From the human T2T-CHM13v2.0 reference genome, Homo sapiens, in NCBI RefSeq assembly GCF_009914755.1, contig NC_060930.1: a stretch of DNA of 64,000 nt, one strand, 5' to 3'. The position numbers and the translations under genes were made by a program. This document shows, piece by piece, positions 61,389 to 64,000 of this stretch; position 1 is the stretch's first letter, and each line of letters starts with the position of its first letter. The notes under the pieces were generated by a model, which saw nothing but the letters and a program-made list of their open reading frames with translations, had not been told where the DNA came from and did no database searches.

Positions 61389-64000
61389 TTACTTATCTTT
61401 TTGTTTAAAGAGGAATTTTAGATCTTCCAGTGCCTTGCAAGTGTATTCTGGAGCTGAGGTTGCTGGTTCTGGCTCTGGAGTTTAAGGGCTTTTCCACAGC
61501 TTCACTTGGGTGTGATGGATCTAGCTGGCAGTCTCCAGTACTGTAATGGCTGTAGGGGTAGATAATAGAATGGTGAAGGGGCCCTTTCAAATAGGAGTTT
61601 GTTGGGAATTTGGGGTTCCATCCTTCCAGGCGTTAATGAGAAGTTGTGAGCCTATGGGGTATAGAGGTGGGGATTTTTCCCCTTCAGATTTCAGGTTTGT
61701 TTGTAAACCATATTCCCAGAGAGCCTGTTAGAAGCCTGCTAAAGAAGAAACATAGTGGGTGATTTTAGCAGTTTCTTCATCTAGTAATGACAGAATATAG
61801 GAATGGCCTACCATATAAAGCCTTGAAGGGGCTTAATTGCAAGGGAGCCTTAGGGGCAGCAAATCAGAAGGAGGGCTAAAGCTAAGAGGTACACCCATGG
61901 CTGTGCTGTTTCCTGGCAGAGTTTGTTGGGGATGTGTTTGAGGGTTTGGTTATTTCCACTTTTCCTGAAGATTACAGTCTCCTGGCAGAGTGAAGCTTTA
62001 TGTCCAGGGCACTACTAACCTGTTGAGTTAATTGGGAAATGAAGGATGGACCATTGTCATTCTGCAATGACCTGGGTTGGCTGAACTGAGGAATGAGTTC
62101 CTTTAGGAGGAATTTAGCTACCTCCTGTGCCTTTTCAGTCCTTGTGAGGCAGGCTTCTACCCATCCTGTGAAGGTGTCTACACAGACCACGAGGTACTTA
62201 AACCTGTGGTATGCAGGGAGCTGAGTGAAGTCCATCTGCCAGTCCTCCGCAGGGTATGTACCTCTCCTTTGGATTGGACTTACTGATGGAGAGGGCTTCC
62301 CCGTCTGGGGATTATTTATAGTGCACAAAGTGCAGGCTTGACAAACCTGTTGAATAGTTTTATTTAGTCCCTCCCCCACTGAACACTGGTTTACAAATTT
62401 GCCTTAGACTGTCTCTTCTAAAGTGGCGGGAGTCCTGTAAACTCTTGATGGTTTCCATTGGTAGGCTTTAGGTAGACGGAGAAGTTCTCCCAACCTATAT
62501 CATCCATTGGTTTCTTTTCAATACCCATGTTGGGTGGCCCAATCTGTTTCTTCCTTAATGTATTGGAGAGAGAGCAGTTCACTGGGGAGAGAGATGAGCA
62601 AGGCCCCCATGAAGGTATCTTTTGAGATGCCTGTCTCTTTAGCTGTTTAGTTAGCTAACCTATTTCCCTATGCAGTTTCATTAGAGCCCCTTTGGTGTCC
62701 TTTACTGTGCACTATTGTCACCTCCTGGGGCAAATGAACAGCTTCTAATAGCTCTAAGATTTGAGGCCCATATTTAATTTGAGTATCTGGAGCTGTTAGG
62801 TACACCCTCTCCTTCCAGATAGCTGTGTGAGTGTGAAGAACCAGAAACGTGTATTTGGAATTTGTATATACTCCTTTTCTTTCCCCTAGTTTAGGGCTTT
62901 TGTCAGCACAGTGAGTTTGGCTAATTGCACAGAGGTCCCCGGGGACAGAGCTTTAACCTCTGTAATTTGTTGAAGGGACATTGTACCATACTCTGCATAT
63001 CTAGCTCTATCCCTGACAAAGCTATTCCCACCTGAAAACCGTATGTCATGTGGATTATCTAGGAGCTGATCTTTTAAATCTTCCTGGCTGGCATAAATTT
63101 GGTTAAGTATCTCACAACACAAATGTGGTGTTATGGTCTCCTGGTAGTGGCAGTAAGGAAACTGAGTTAAGGGTGGAACACTGCTCAACTGTTACCTATG
63201 GGTTTTCTAACAACAAGACTTGGTACTTTAGGAGTCTGTTTTCAGACACGTTGTATTCTCTGTCTGCAAGGAAGTTTGGTGTTTGGACTAGATGTTGGAT
63301 TCCCAGTTCTCTTGTTGGGGAGCAGATTAACAGGTCATCCATGTATTGTAGGAGACACTCTCTCCTCTCAAGACTTAGGTCCTGCAAATCTCTAGCCAGG
63401 GCTTGCCCAGACCAATGGGGACTGTCTCTGAAACCCTGTTGAAGCACTGTGCAGGTGAGTTGTTGACTCCTTCCTTTTCATTCTCCCACTCAAATGCAAA
63501 TAGAAATTGGGAGGATGGGTCGAGGGGGAGATACAAAAGAAAGAGTCTTTAAGGTCTAAGACTGGAAACCACTGAGCATCTGGAGGTTGGGGAAGAATTA
63601 CATATGAGTTGGGGATCATTGGGTGTATTGGGACTACTGCCTCATTTATGATTCTCAGGTCCTGGACTAGCCTGTATTTTTCATTGCTCTTTTTAACAGG
63701 TAAGATGGGGTGTTATAGGGTATTAATAATCCATGTTTTTGAAATTTTTCAGTCAGAAGCTGAAATCCCTCTTTGGCCTCCAGCTGAAGAGGAAACTGCC
63801 TTCTACAAGGATAGCTAGAAGGATTCTTGGGCTGAATTACTATAGGCATTGCCATTATGGCCTTTCCTGTTATTCCTGAGGCCCAGACCTCTGGATAAAT
63901 GGGAAGGTCTGTGAACAGTTCATCCTTGTGTATGGTTTCCTTGAGGCATAAGATTGCATTTGAAAAAGGGGGTGTTGGCCCTGGAGGAAAGGTTAACTGA
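61389..64000 (-). pseudogene. Decayed HERV-FRD pol (RT - RNase H - integrase)
   Basis: Fragments in shifting frames: VLDLKDSFFCI, QGFRDSPH, LLQYMDDLLIC (RT); GTSVQLAKLTVLTKAL (RNase H); CQACTLC, WQMDFTQLP, VDTFTGWVEA, QNDNGPSF (IN). Ends ALEDLKFLFKQKDK* at 61389. Confidence 0.93.
61550..61575 (-). promoter_or_regulatory. ERVFRD-1: env splice acceptor (exon starts at 61549)
   Basis: Minus strand CCATTCTATTATCTACCCCTACAG|CC within the integrase 3' end, the usual position for gamma-type env acceptors, 320 nt upstream of the ATG. Confidence 0.75.

Noticed and set aside
61972-62379. 135-aa integrase ORF as a second domesticated gene
   Set aside because: No proper ATG, truncated before the last catalytic Glu region, and flanked by frameshifts and stops.

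Overview
Human genomic DNA, recognisable as the ELOVL2 / ELOVL2-AS1 / SMIM13 / ERVFRD-1 region of chr6p24; the locus is identified from memory of the sequences, not from a database search. The window opens in the ELOVL2 promoter CpG island, which contains the age-clock CpG cluster at 249-280. About 48 kb of repeat-dense sequence follows: roughly 50 Alus including a very young AluYa8, L1, MaLR LTRs, DNA-transposon fossils, a retroposed U13 snoRNA copy and a solo LTR12C. The SMIM13 CpG island and first coding exon (50234-50309, +) come next. Antisense within SMIM13 intron 1 lies the 3' half of the HERV-FRD provirus: a decayed pol, the intact 538-aa syncytin-2 env (59613-61229, -) and a MER50-type 3' LTR. 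The most notable observations cluster around syncytin-2. The env frame stays open for 63 codons past its stop and resembles an ancestral cytoplasmic tail. A cryptic transmembrane frame and a uORF lie between pol and env. The 3' LTR has no AATAAA, while the older LTR it adjoins does. Almost all other ORFs in the supplied track are Alu, LTR or GC-rich artefacts. Repeat boundaries and subfamily names were read by eye and are approximate.
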